Below, in pieces: positions 1-9,669 of a DNA stretch of 64,000 nt. Each line of letters begins with the position of its first letter. The stretch's first letter is position 1. The stretch is from contig OZ244744.1 in NCBI GenBank assembly GCA_965219455.1, positions 2,272,001 through 2,336,000 of the forward strand. Reading direction: 5' to 3'. Source of the stretch: Candidatus Latescibacterota bacterium (GTDB lineage: Bacteria; Latescibacterota; UBA2968; GCA-2709665). A program made the translations under genes and the position numbers. The notes under the pieces were generated by a model. It was not told the DNA's origin. It was given only the letters and a program-made list of their open reading frames with translations, and did no database searches.

Positions 1-6
1 CTGTAA

Positions 7-198
7 TCAGCCACAATCCAGACAACGCACTTCGTCAAAAATCCGATCCTGCTCATCCGGCTCGTCAATTGCAAAATTAACGAGGCACCGTACGGCCTTG
101 GAAGCGTCTTCCAGACGGTATCGGGCGGCGATCTCTTTCAAAAACGCCATCTGGTGTGTTTCCAGCAAGATCTCGAAAGTCTGCTTTTCCTTGAACAC
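7..198 (-). CDS. Small hypothetical protein (~63 aa), possibly ribbon-helix-helix-like, with C-terminal CxxC
   Basis: GGAGG upstream of GTG at 198; FEILLETHQMAFLKEIAARY...SKAVRCLVNFA fits a strand-helix-helix pattern; ends RCLDCG. Confidence 0.6.
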   Translation of the reverse strand: MFKEKQTFEILLETHQMAFLKEIAARYRLEDASKAVRCLVNFAIDEPDEQDRIFDEVRCLDCG

Positions 199-394
199 GC
201 CAGCACCTCCCTGGAGAGTCGGATTCCACCATGTAGCCGATAATATTCCCGCGTTTCCCAAGATTCATGATAGGGTTTCCGCAGTGTATTGTCAATGGGG
301 ATTCATCTTCCCGCACCCGCTCTATCCGAACCGGCCGGTACCCAACGCAGCAAGTCGACAACAGGGCGTTTACTGATCGCAGGTTCCCGAATTC

Positions 395-3253
395 ATGTCT
401 ATACTTGGATCTTTCATCGCCATTGACCTCGAGACTTCCGGCCTGGAACCCCCGGGTGCCGAAATCCTGGAAATCGGTGCGGTACGTGTGGAAAACGGTC
501 AAGTCGTCGACCGTTTCCAGACCTATGTCAAGCCCAGGGGGGTCATTCCGGACGAAACTGTCCGTCTCACCGGGATCACGGCACGGACGGTCCGGAATGC
601 GCCGCCAATCGACGACGCCTTCGAGAAATTTCGGCGTTTCGTGGCCGAACTGCCCCTCATTGCCCACCAGGGACGCTTCGAATCCCGTTTCCTTAATGCC
701 TTTGCTGATTTTCCCATCGAGAATTCAGCGCACAGCGTTCGGGAACTCGCCCGCACCGCTCTGCCCACCCTCCACGATCACCGCGTGCAAACCCTTGCCG
801 TACACTTCTCCGTTGAGTGCGACTCGCCGCACAAGGCCCTGGCCGACGCGGAAACCCTGGCGGGAATCTACCTCAATCTGGTAGAACGGCTCCGGTCCGT
901 GTCCCTTCACCTGAAACAGCAAATGCTTCGTTTGCTGCAGGGCTCCAGGTCGGGGTTGCTTCCAATTCTGGTCGAATTGGCCAGCGAAGGCGCGAGGAAA
1001 GAGTTCCTGAGCCCGAAGCCGGGCGGCCGGCTACCTGACACCCCGCTATTCAATGCAGGAGGGGAGACACTTCAGAGTCAGGGCGACCCATCCGATCAGC
1101 CCTTGGACGCAAAGACGGTCTGCGACATGCTGGAACCCGGCGGAAGCTTTGACGAGGGGATCTCCGGGTACGAATATCGTCCCCAGCAGGTCGAAATGGC
1201 GCAGGCCGTGACCGAAGCCATCAACAATGGGCGGCACCTGGCCGTGGAAGCCGGCACAGGCGTGGGAAAATCGATCGCCTACCTTGCGCCGTCCATACTC
1301 TATGCCGTACAGAACAACGTACGATTCATCGTTTCGACCAACACCAAAAACCTCCAGGAACAACTCTTCTTCAAAGACCTGCCCGTTCTGTCGCCAATCC
1401 TGAACGTGCCCTTCCGCTACGCCCTGCTCAAGGGTCGAAACAACTATATGTGTCTGAACAGGTGGGATTCCGCGCTGGCCAATCCGGACGCCACCTTCAC
1501 GCCGAACGAACGCATCGGTGCGCTGCCCCTGGTGCTGTGGGCGGAAACAACCGGCACAGGGGACATCACCGAGAATACAGGATTCGACCCGGCACGCCAT
1601 GCAGGGCTGTGGGCTAAAGTCTGCTCCGACTCTGGCTTCTGCCGCAGCCAGCGTTGCCGCAACAACGGACGGTGTTTTGCCAACAACATCCGCAGAACCG
1701 CCGCAAAAGCGCATCTGGTGGTGATCAATCACTCGTTGCTCTTCTCCGATCTTGTCACAGAGAACGCCATCCTTGGCGAGTACTCCCACCTGGTTTTGGA
1801 CGAAGCGCACAATCTCGAGAAAGTCGCCGCGCACTACCTGGGAAAAGAACTCAGCATGTGGCGGGTCAAGAACATCACCGATCAACTGTGCGGCCCCGGT
1901 TCGTCGGACGCGGGTACTCTGCCCGCCCTGAGACATTGGATCGCCCTTGCAGATCCGGAACCGGCCACGGCCAAAGCCTTTGACGCCGGCATCAAATCCG
2001 CGACGATTGCGGCACAGGACCTCTGGCTTGGGACCCGGACGTTTTTTGAGAACCTCTCCCTACACCTTCTGCAACGGGTGGGCGGTCCGGGAAATACGTA
2101 CAGAGAAAAGATCCGCTATCGAACTGGCGAATCCACCTTCGAGACCCTGACGGAATCGCTGACCCCGTTTTCGCTTGCCCTGGGTGCGCTCTGCAGCCGC
2201 CTCAAGGACCTCTCGGACTGGCTTCGGGACCTGCCGGGGCACACCTTTGTCAACCAGGATGAGATCAACAACGAGCTGGTCGGGTGCATCGAGACCACCC
2301 AAACCATTCTGGACGACCTGAACGACCTCGTCACGGCCAACGATGAGAACGCCGTTTACTGGCTGGAATTGCCGGGGACGGAAAAAAGCGCCGACACCCG
2401 CCTCTTTTCCGCTCCCCTTGATGTTTCCGAGATGCTGAACGACGGGCTCTACGAAGGCAAAGACACGATCGTATTTACGTCCGCCACGCTGGGTATCCGT
2501 GGCAGGCTTACCTATTTTCTCCGGCGCATGGGCCTCGAATCCATGCCCGGGACCCGCATGCAGACCCTTTGCCTGGGCTCCCCTTTCGACTACCGGAAAC
2601 AGGCTCTCGTATGCACTCCTCGCTTTATGCCCTCGCCCAAATCCGCCGATTTCCAGCAAGCCGTGGACACGCTGCTGCACGAACTGATGCTCAAGACAAA
2701 ACGAGGCACCCTGGCCCTCTTCACTTCTTACGGCATGTTGAACCGCACCTACGATGCCATTAAGCCAAACCTGCACTCCAACGGCGTTCTCGTGCTGGGA
2801 CAGGGCATTGACGGATCCCGCACGAATATCACGAACCGGTTCAAACTCGAAGAAACCGCCATGCTCCTGGGTACCGACAGCTTCTGGGAAGGCATCGACG
2901 TTCCCGGCAACGCGCTCCAGGTTCTGGGCATTGTACGTCTGCCATTCGCCGTGCCCTCCGAACCTCTCGTAGCCGCCCATATAGAGGAACTGGAAAAACA
3001 GGGCAAAGATCCGTTTCTGAATTACTCTGTACCCGAAGCCATCCTGAAGTTCCGGCAGGGCTTTGGACGACTAATCCGCAACAAGACCGACCGGGGCGCG
3101 GTCGTCGTACTGGACAGCAGGGTGCTCAGCACCCGATACGGTCGGGCTTTTCTGCAGGCCCTGCCGGTGGGCCATCACACTTTCAATACCCGGGACGAGA
3201 TGATCGGCGCCATCGCCGCCTGGTTTGAAGACACCAACGGAACAGACCATTGA
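395..3253 (+). CDS. dinG: DEDDh 3'-5' exonuclease-DinG family helicase fusion
   Basis: IDLETSG and HKALADA exonuclease motifs; EAGTGVGKS Walker A, DEAH, Fe-S Cys cluster, FWEGIDVPG and QGFGRLIR helicase motifs. Confidence 0.93.
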   Translation: MSILGSFIAIDLETSGLEPPGAEILEIGAVRVENGQVVDRFQTYVKPRGVIPDETVRLTGITARTVRNAPPIDDAFEKFRRFVAELPLIAHQGRFESRFLNAFADFPIENSAHSVRELARTALPTLHDHRVQTLAVHFSVECDSPHKALADAETLAGIYLNLVERLRSVSLHLKQQMLRLLQGSRSGLLPILVELASEGARKEFLSPKPGGRLPDTPLFNAGGETLQSQGDPSDQPLDAKTVCDMLEPGGSFDEGISGYEYRPQQVEMAQAVTEAINNGRHLAVEAGTGVGKSIAYLAPSILYAVQNNVRFIVSTNTKNLQEQLFFKDLPVLSPILNVPFRYALLKGRNNYMCLNRWDSALANPDATFTPNERIGALPLVLWAETTGTGDITENTGFDPARHAGLWAKVCSDSGFCRSQRCRNNGRCFANNIRRTAAKAHLVVINHSLLFSDLVTENAILGEYSHLVLDEAHNLEKVAAHYLGKELSMWRVKNITDQLCGPGSSDAGTLPALRHWIALADPEPATAKAFDAGIKSATIAAQDLWLGTRTFFENLSLHLLQRVGGPGNTYREKIRYRTGESTFETLTESLTPFSLALGALCSRLKDLSDWLRDLPGHTFVNQDEINNELVGCIETTQTILDDLNDLVTANDENAVYWLELPGTEKSADTRLFSAPLDVSEMLNDGLYEGKDTIVFTSATLGIRGRLTYFLRRMGLESMPGTRMQTLCLGSPFDYRKQALVCTPRFMPSPKSADFQQAVDTLLHELMLKTKRGTLALFTSYGMLNRTYDAIKPNLHSNGVLVLGQGIDGSRTNITNRFKLEETAMLLGTDSFWEGIDVPGNALQVLGIVRLPFAVPSEPLVAAHIEELEKQGKDPFLNYSVPEAILKFRQGFGRLIRNKTDRGAVVVLDSRVLSTRYGRAFLQALPVGHHTFNTRDEMIGAIAAWFEDTNGTDH

Positions 3254-4722
3254 ACCCCAAGGGCGTGACATCCATCAAGGAGCCCCTGACGAAACTGCTC
3301 TCGCAGGTGCCCCAGGTGAACCATCCGCTGATCGGCCAGGCGTATCACCTCGCCAACGCGAGCCACGAAGGGCAACACCGGGATGAGGGGCAGCCGTTTA
3401 TTACCCATCCCATCGCCGTGGCGCTCATCCTGGCATCCGAACTCGGCTTCGCCAGAGATTCGGATATGATTTCGGCCGCCCTGCTCCACGACGCGGCGGA
3501 AGATTCCGTGCTGACTCCGGACGAGGACATTCTGCCCACGTTCGGCGCACGGGTCACCGAACTGGTGAAGGGCGTAACCAAAGTGGACGAACCCGGCACC
3601 CGCAGCCGATCTGCCCGCCGGTCCGCGACGCTCCAAAGGCTATTCACCGCCGCGCACCGCGACCCGCGGGTACTCATTCTGAAACTCGCGGACCGCGTGC
3701 ATAACATGCGCAGCATCGCGGGCATCAAGGACGCCAAACGCCAACATCGAATTGCACAGGAAACCATCGACGTCTACGCGCCGCTCTCCCGCCTGCTGGG
3801 CATGGACCGCATACGCAGGGAACTGGAAGACCGCAGCTTCGGCTGCCTCCACCCCAGAGTCTACGACCAGCTTGTCCGCCACATGCAAGATGGTCCGCCA
3901 CAATCCTTTCTCGACTTTCAGACCGGGATGCGCGATCTTTTCGCGGACCACGGAATCCGCACACGCATCCGGCTCCGGGCCAAGAGTCTGAGGAGTATCT
4001 ACGGCAAAGCCATTGGCGCCGGTTCCAGTGGGACGCGCCTGTTGGTAGACAACGTCCACGACCGATACACCGTCATCGTAATCGCCTCCAATCGTTACTC
4101 GTGCTACAGGACGCTGGGAATTGTCCATCACAGGTTCACCCCTCTGACGGATGGAATAAAGGATTTTATCGCCTTGCCCAAACGAAACGGTTACCAGGCG
4201 CTACAGACAACCGTCATCGACAAAGGGCAGCGCTTTGAAGTCGTCATACAGACCCCTTCCATGTACAGAATGGGTGAACTGGGCGTGGGGACCCTTCGCG
4301 GCGGAGAACTTCAGGAAGAGCGGCGGACCCGATGGCTTCAGGAACTGGCCGAATGGCATGAACACGGCGGCTCCGGCGTTCAATTCCTGGACGAGGTCAA
4401 ACGCATGCTCTTTGTCCATGAAATGGCCGTTTTCACACCCAACGGCGATCCCATTATTCTGCCCGAGGGCGCCACCCTCGCGGACTTTGCTTTCGCCGTC
4501 CACACGGACCTCGGCCGCCACTGTATTGGCGGGCGCATCAACGGCAAATCCGCATCGCGTTTTTCGGTTCTGAACTGGGGCGATACGATCGAAATAGAAA
4601 CCGCTCCCCACCAGCAGCTAAAACGCGCCTGGCTGCGTTATGTGAAGACCTACCGCGCCCGCCGCCTCATCCGGCGTCACATCACCCGCGCGGAATCGTC
4701 CGGCGAACAGATCATCGAGTGA
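3250..4722 (+). CDS. RelA/SpoT homologue: HD hydrolase + degenerate synthetase + TGS, no ACT domain
   Basis: AALLHDAAED and KLADRVHNMRS (HD); KDFIALPKRNGYQ; VFTPNGD...DFAFAVHTDLG (TGS); start overlaps the dinG stop. Confidence 0.88.
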   Translation: MNPKGVTSIKEPLTKLLSQVPQVNHPLIGQAYHLANASHEGQHRDEGQPFITHPIAVALILASELGFARDSDMISAALLHDAAEDSVLTPDEDILPTFGARVTELVKGVTKVDEPGTRSRSARRSATLQRLFTAAHRDPRVLILKLADRVHNMRSIAGIKDAKRQHRIAQETIDVYAPLSRLLGMDRIRRELEDRSFGCLHPRVYDQLVRHMQDGPPQSFLDFQTGMRDLFADHGIRTRIRLRAKSLRSIYGKAIGAGSSGTRLLVDNVHDRYTVIVIASNRYSCYRTLGIVHHRFTPLTDGIKDFIALPKRNGYQALQTTVIDKGQRFEVVIQTPSMYRMGELGVGTLRGGELQEERRTRWLQELAEWHEHGGSGVQFLDEVKRMLFVHEMAVFTPNGDPIILPEGATLADFAFAVHTDLGRHCIGGRINGKSASRFSVLNWGDTIEIETAPHQQLKRAWLRYVKTYRARRLIRRHITRAESSGEQIIE

Positions 4723-4823
4723 CCGGAAATCCACGTGCGAATCGCCGATGCCACACCCGGGTCGGTGTTTTCTATCAGCAATCCTTCATCAACGTTCTCT
4801 CTTAATCGCTGAGGAGTCATGGT

Positions 4824-5165
4824 TTGAAATCCCACTTTTCCCTCTTCGCTGTCTTCCTGTTCCTCGTGGCCTGTGGCCAGGACGCCGAACGCGTACAGGC
4901 TGAAATCGACGAGCAGGAAAAGAAAATCGTCAACGCAAAAACCATCGTTCAACTCGAACAAAAGCGCCTGGTAGAGCTGCAGGACAGCCTCGAAATCAAT
5001 ATCAGGCAGAATATCGCTCTGAACATGGACACAACCACCGCGGCCGCGATCGAAAAAGAACGGTTGGCTCTCCAGGAAACCCTTGTCGAAACAGCGAAAC
5101 GCAACCTCGACAGCCAGAAGGAATTTCAGGCCCTCCTGAAAAAGCGCATGCAAGCCCTGAGATGA
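4824..5165 (+). CDS. Coiled-coil lipoprotein
   Basis: GAGGAG RBS; lipobox LVA-C; heptad-rich helical body. Confidence 0.75.
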   Translation: MKSHFSLFAVFLFLVACGQDAERVQAEIDEQEKKIVNAKTIVQLEQKRLVELQDSLEINIRQNIALNMDTTTAAAIEKERLALQETLVETAKRNLDSQKEFQALLKKRMQALR

Positions 5166-5336
5166 CCCCTTTCAACCCCCGGATCGATCAATCCGCTGCA
5201 CAGGGGTATGGTCCCGCTCGGCGAAAAAGCCCGATCTGCCGTTCCCAGGCCGCCGAGGAGCCATACGATCCGAAGACGCGGACCGGGGGCGCCCGGTCCG
5301 ACGGGACGGCCTCACGCGCCACGACAGGAGATCCCG

Positions 5337-6902
5337 ATGAACGATGACTCAGCATTGATCGCACACTGGAAGTTGAACGGCGACTGCCGTGATCGTGCAG
5401 GCTTCAACCACGGAGAAAATCACGGCGTCGCCTTTTCCACTGACGGCGCCGGATTCAACGGTCGCGGCGCCCACGTCCTGGTGCCCTCCACCCGCTCGCT
5501 CAACTTCGGCGCCGATGATTTCTCCATTTCCGTCCACGTTCATACCGACGAAATCCTGGACGACGTGCCCGGAGACATTCTCAGCAAATACGACCCCGCC
5601 ACCCGCACCGGCTTTAACTTCGGACTTGCGAACAGCGCGGGCGTCACGGCAGCCCAATCCAACTACCGCCACCTCCATTTCGGCATCGACAGCGGCCGTA
5701 CGGGTGAGTGGATGGACTGCGGTCGCCCCGGTAACAACCTGCGCGTCTACTCTCTGTGCGTTTTCGATGGCGATCTCTACGCGGGTACGTTCGAAACCGG
5801 CGCGGAAGAATCGGGCGGCGTCTACCGATACGACGGGGAGGCCGGATGGATCGACTGCGGGCACCCGGACAGGTGCAATACCATGGCATCGCTCTGTGTT
5901 TTCAACGGAACTCTATACGCGGGATCCTCCCGCTACAAGGCCGGCGGTTCCGCCCTTCCCGAATCCGAAAACCAGAACCCGGGCGGCAACATGTTCAGGT
6001 ACGAAGGCGGTTCCGACTGGACACGCATCGGCCACCTGGAAGGCGCGGATTCCTGCGCCGGAATGGCCGTCTACAGGGTGCGCCTCTACGCAATCCCCCT
6101 CTACAGCCAGGGCGTTTTCCGCTACGACGGCGATGACGTCTGGAGTCACTGCGGCACCCCGGGTCGACGCATGATGTCCCTGGGGGTATTCAACGGCCAT
6201 TTGTACGGCGCAGGAAACGAAGGAGATGCGGACGGCGGCGTGTTCCGCTACGACGGCGGAACCGGGTGGGCGCACGCCGGCGGCCAGGAGGGCGTGAACC
6301 AGGTCTATTCCTTTGCCGCCCACAACGGCAGACTCCACGTGGGCACATGGCCGGAGGGCAAGGTCTTCCGGGACGACGGCGACGACACTTGGACGTGCGC
6401 CGGACGCCTGGGCGAGGAACTGGAAGTCATGGCGATGGCCGTCTACAACGGCAAACTCTACGCCGGTACCCTGCCTCTGGGCCAGGTCTATCGGTACGAC
6501 GGGGGTGACACCTGGACCCTCACGGGCCAACTCGACACAACCCCCGACGTGAAATACCGCCGCGTCTGGTCCATGGCCGTTTACCGGGGGAAACTATTCG
6601 GCGGCACGTTGCCTTCCGGCCACGTCTACGCAATGGAGGCCGGCGCGAACGTGAGCCACGACCGCGAACTCGCGGCCGGATGGCGGCATCTCGTGGCGGT
6701 CCGCCAAAGCAACCGGCTCCTTCTCTACGTCGACGGCAAACAAGTTTCCACGTCGTCGACCTTCGATCCCTCGGTATTCGACCTCACGAACGACATGCCC
6801 CTCAGGATCGGCGCCGGTGGCGTCGACACCTTCAACGGACGGCTCCGGGATCTTCGTCTCTATGGCCGCGCCCTCACGGGGGCGGAAATCGCGAATCGGT
6901 AA
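5337..6902 (+). CDS. LamG/concanavalin-like domain protein with inserted beta-propeller repeats
   Basis: AGGAG + ATG at 5337; LIAHWKLNGD start and WRHLVAVR..LYVDGK..FNGRLRDLRLYGRAL end (LamG); internal L.VF.G.LYAG...VYRYDG repeats. Confidence 0.8.
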   Translation: MNDDSALIAHWKLNGDCRDRAGFNHGENHGVAFSTDGAGFNGRGAHVLVPSTRSLNFGADDFSISVHVHTDEILDDVPGDILSKYDPATRTGFNFGLANSAGVTAAQSNYRHLHFGIDSGRTGEWMDCGRPGNNLRVYSLCVFDGDLYAGTFETGAEESGGVYRYDGEAGWIDCGHPDRCNTMASLCVFNGTLYAGSSRYKAGGSALPESENQNPGGNMFRYEGGSDWTRIGHLEGADSCAGMAVYRVRLYAIPLYSQGVFRYDGDDVWSHCGTPGRRMMSLGVFNGHLYGAGNEGDADGGVFRYDGGTGWAHAGGQEGVNQVYSFAAHNGRLHVGTWPEGKVFRDDGDDTWTCAGRLGEELEVMAMAVYNGKLYAGTLPLGQVYRYDGGDTWTLTGQLDTTPDVKYRRVWSMAVYRGKLFGGTLPSGHVYAMEAGANVSHDRELAAGWRHLVAVRQSNRLLLYVDGKQVSTSSTFDPSVFDLTNDMPLRIGAGGVDTFNGRLRDLRLYGRALTGAEIANR

Positions 6903-6971
6903 TATCCGCCGGCCGTCCCGCAGCAGGGACAGGAACGGAACCCGGATACCAACACCTATTGGAGGACCGAA

Positions 6972-8297
6972 ATGTTAAGAGCAGGCGCATCCAGGGTCAA
7001 CATTACCCCGTTTCTGGGCGGGCCGATGGCCGGTTACGGGGCACGCGACCGCGGCAGCGAGAGCATCCACGATGAACTCTATGCCAAAGCCTTTGTGCTG
7101 GACGACGGCAAAACCGCTGTCGCGATGATTACCACCGACCTCATCGGCATTGATCGGGATTTTGCGGAAGACGTCCGCACGCTTATCGAAGAAAGGGTCG
7201 GATTGCCACCGGACCGGGTCTGGCTTTGCGGGTCCCACACCCATTTCGGGCCGTCCGTAAGCACAAGCCGGACGAACGACGGTAACGTCGATCCCTTTGA
7301 CCGGGCCTACGGCGACGTCCTGGCGGCAAAGCTGGCCACCGCCGTACAGTTGGCCCATAGCCGGTTGCGCCCTGCCCGCCTGGGGGCCGGCGCCACCCGC
7401 GCCGAAGGCATCAGCTACAACCGCCGGCTCATTCGCGACGACGGCAAGGTGGAAATGAGCCTCACGCTGCCGCTACCCTATGAGGGCCTCAAGTTCGGTC
7501 CCGTGGACCCGGAAGTGGGCCTCCTCAAAATAGAAGGCGAAGACGACGGCGACACCATCGCCTCGCTCGTCAACTTTGCCTGTCATCCCGTCTCCAGCAC
7601 CGACCGCATGTATGAATTCACCGCCGACTATCCGGGTTACGCCATGGACCTTATCGAGTCCGCAGAAGGCGGCATCTGCCTGTTCGCCCTTGGCTGCGCG
7701 GGCAATATAGTTCCCATACAACGGCAGGGCCGGTCCAAACGCCAGGTGGGTCTGTCGCTTGGCGGATGCGCATTGAACGCACTCCAGTGGATTCGGACCA
7801 CCGGTCAGGTACGCATCCGCGCCGCCAGAAAGTCGATCGAATTGCCCCTGCGCAAATTTCCGCCAACCGCGCGAATGGAGCGGCAAATTGCAGACGCGGA
7901 GGCCGCGCTGAACAGTGCGATGAAAAGGAAAGCGCCGTCACGAGAAATAACCGAATGCCGGGAAGCACTGGGTCTTGCCAGAAGTCTACCCCGCTGGTCG
8001 GAACGTTTCGGCGGAAGGAAGACCCGTTCCACGGAAATCCAGGTCTTCTGGATCGGCGACGTCCCGATTATAGGGCTGCCGGGAGAAGTCTTTGTCGAAC
8101 TCGGGCTCCGCATCAAGAAAGCCCTGGATGCCTTCCCGGTTCTGGTTGTGAGTCTCAGCAATGACAGCGCGGGATACATTCCGGTCCGCCAGGCATACCG
8201 CCAGGGCGGTTATGAATCCAATGTGTCGGCCTTCGCCCCCGGCTGCGGCGAACACCTCGTCAAAGAAGCCCTCGACCTGGCCGAATCGATACGATAA
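6972..8297 (+). CDS. Neutral/alkaline ceramidase-like amidohydrolase
   Basis: HDELYAKA, SHTHFGP, NFACHP, ADYPG, PGEVF and GGYE motifs. Confidence 0.85.
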   Translation: MLRAGASRVNITPFLGGPMAGYGARDRGSESIHDELYAKAFVLDDGKTAVAMITTDLIGIDRDFAEDVRTLIEERVGLPPDRVWLCGSHTHFGPSVSTSRTNDGNVDPFDRAYGDVLAAKLATAVQLAHSRLRPARLGAGATRAEGISYNRRLIRDDGKVEMSLTLPLPYEGLKFGPVDPEVGLLKIEGEDDGDTIASLVNFACHPVSSTDRMYEFTADYPGYAMDLIESAEGGICLFALGCAGNIVPIQRQGRSKRQVGLSLGGCALNALQWIRTTGQVRIRAARKSIELPLRKFPPTARMERQIADAEAALNSAMKRKAPSREITECREALGLARSLPRWSERFGGRKTRSTEIQVFWIGDVPIIGLPGEVFVELGLRIKKALDAFPVLVVSLSNDSAGYIPVRQAYRQGGYESNVSAFAPGCGEHLVKEALDLAESIR

Positions 8298-8352
8298 GCC
8301 ATCGATCCACCAACCCGCGCTTCCGGGCGCGGCCCATGACAAGGAATCGCTT

Positions 8353-9669
8353 ATGTCGATACTCACGTGTCTGTTTCTCTTCGTAGTGGTCCTTCACTTC
8401 ACCAGAACACGTGCGGCTGCCGCCGAAATCACACTCGCAGCCGGCGCGGCAAGAACCGACATCACACCCGATCCCGCGATGACAAACTGGGTGGATGGCA
8501 AACCCTATGACGGCGTGCTGGATCCGCTCACTCTGCGCGGTCTCGTTCTTTCCGACGGTAACACCGAGTTCGCTTTGATCTGCTGGGATCTCATCGACGC
8601 GACGGAGGAATGTGTCATCGACGTCCGCAGGGCGGTTCGCGGCGCAACAGGCATCCCGGAAACGCACATCCTCGTGGCCGCCTCGCACACCCACTCGTCG
8701 CCCCGGTCCCCATTTGCGGGATCCACGTTTCCCGGCCGCGGGAGCGAACGCCTGAGAGCCATTCTGGGCGATCCCGTCTTCCAGGCCTGGGGCCGGCGTC
8801 TCCCCGGACGATGCGCGGATGTCCTGAAACGAGCGCAGGATCGCCAGCAACCCGTCACCTTGAACATCGGCCGCGCGAATGTCTCGGAATGGTTATTCAA
8901 TCGGCGGCCCCTCGATCCCGATGGCAACGTCGTTACGATGTTTCAACCCAGAGATCCGCACACGTTGCCTGACGGACTGCGTTTCGGCTCGCTGGATCCC
9001 ACCCTGACCGTCCTCACCCTGAAAAACGCAGACAACACCAACGTGGCCACTGTCTACAGCGCGCCATGCCATCCCGTCTCCATCTATCCCTACCACCGCG
9101 GCGTTTCGGCGGACTGGCCCGGGCTCGCCAATGAGCGGATTTCCGAAGTCCTGGGAGGCGAATCCTTTTTTTTGCAGGGTTGCGCCGGAGACATCGTCCC
9201 CGCCACCCGAGGGGAAGAAGCGCGCACGGAAATGGCCCGTTTCTTCGCGGAACGGGCCGTCGCGGCCGCACGGAGTTCCCACCGCCTGCCGTCGTCGCCT
9301 CTGAAGGTCGCAACCGGGGTTGTCGGCCTGCCGCTCGTATCCGAAAAGCGAAAAGAGGCCGGCGCCGACATCCGACCGGTCGAAATTCAGGTGGTTGTTT
9401 GCGGACCCTTCGGCCTGGCCGTGCTGCCCGGCGAACCCCTCAACGGACTCGCACGTGAGATTCAGGCGCGTTCACCCCTCCCGCACACGCTTGCCATCGG
9501 CTATGCCAATGGTCGCGGGGTGAGTTACGTAGGCCTTCCCGGAGAAAAAGCCAGAGGCGGATACGAAGCGGGCGCCGGCCAGGGTACCGAAGAAGCCGGC
9601 GACTTTATGATTCAGACCGCCCTTCGGCTTCTGGCGGTTTCTGAGAGTCAAAAAAAGCCAGCATCATGA
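8353..9669 (+). CDS. Neutral/alkaline ceramidase-like amidohydrolase with signal peptide
   Basis: SHTHSSP, CHP, ADWPG, PGEP and GGYE motifs; hydrophobic N-terminus with AAA cleavage site. Confidence 0.82.
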   Translation: MSILTCLFLFVVVLHFTRTRAAAAEITLAAGAARTDITPDPAMTNWVDGKPYDGVLDPLTLRGLVLSDGNTEFALICWDLIDATEECVIDVRRAVRGATGIPETHILVAASHTHSSPRSPFAGSTFPGRGSERLRAILGDPVFQAWGRRLPGRCADVLKRAQDRQQPVTLNIGRANVSEWLFNRRPLDPDGNVVTMFQPRDPHTLPDGLRFGSLDPTLTVLTLKNADNTNVATVYSAPCHPVSIYPYHRGVSADWPGLANERISEVLGGESFFLQGCAGDIVPATRGEEARTEMARFFAERAVAAARSSHRLPSSPLKVATGVVGLPLVSEKRKEAGADIRPVEIQVVVCGPFGLAVLPGEPLNGLAREIQARSPLPHTLAIGYANGRGVSYVGLPGEKARGGYEAGAGQGTEEAGDFMIQTALRLLAVSESQKKPAS

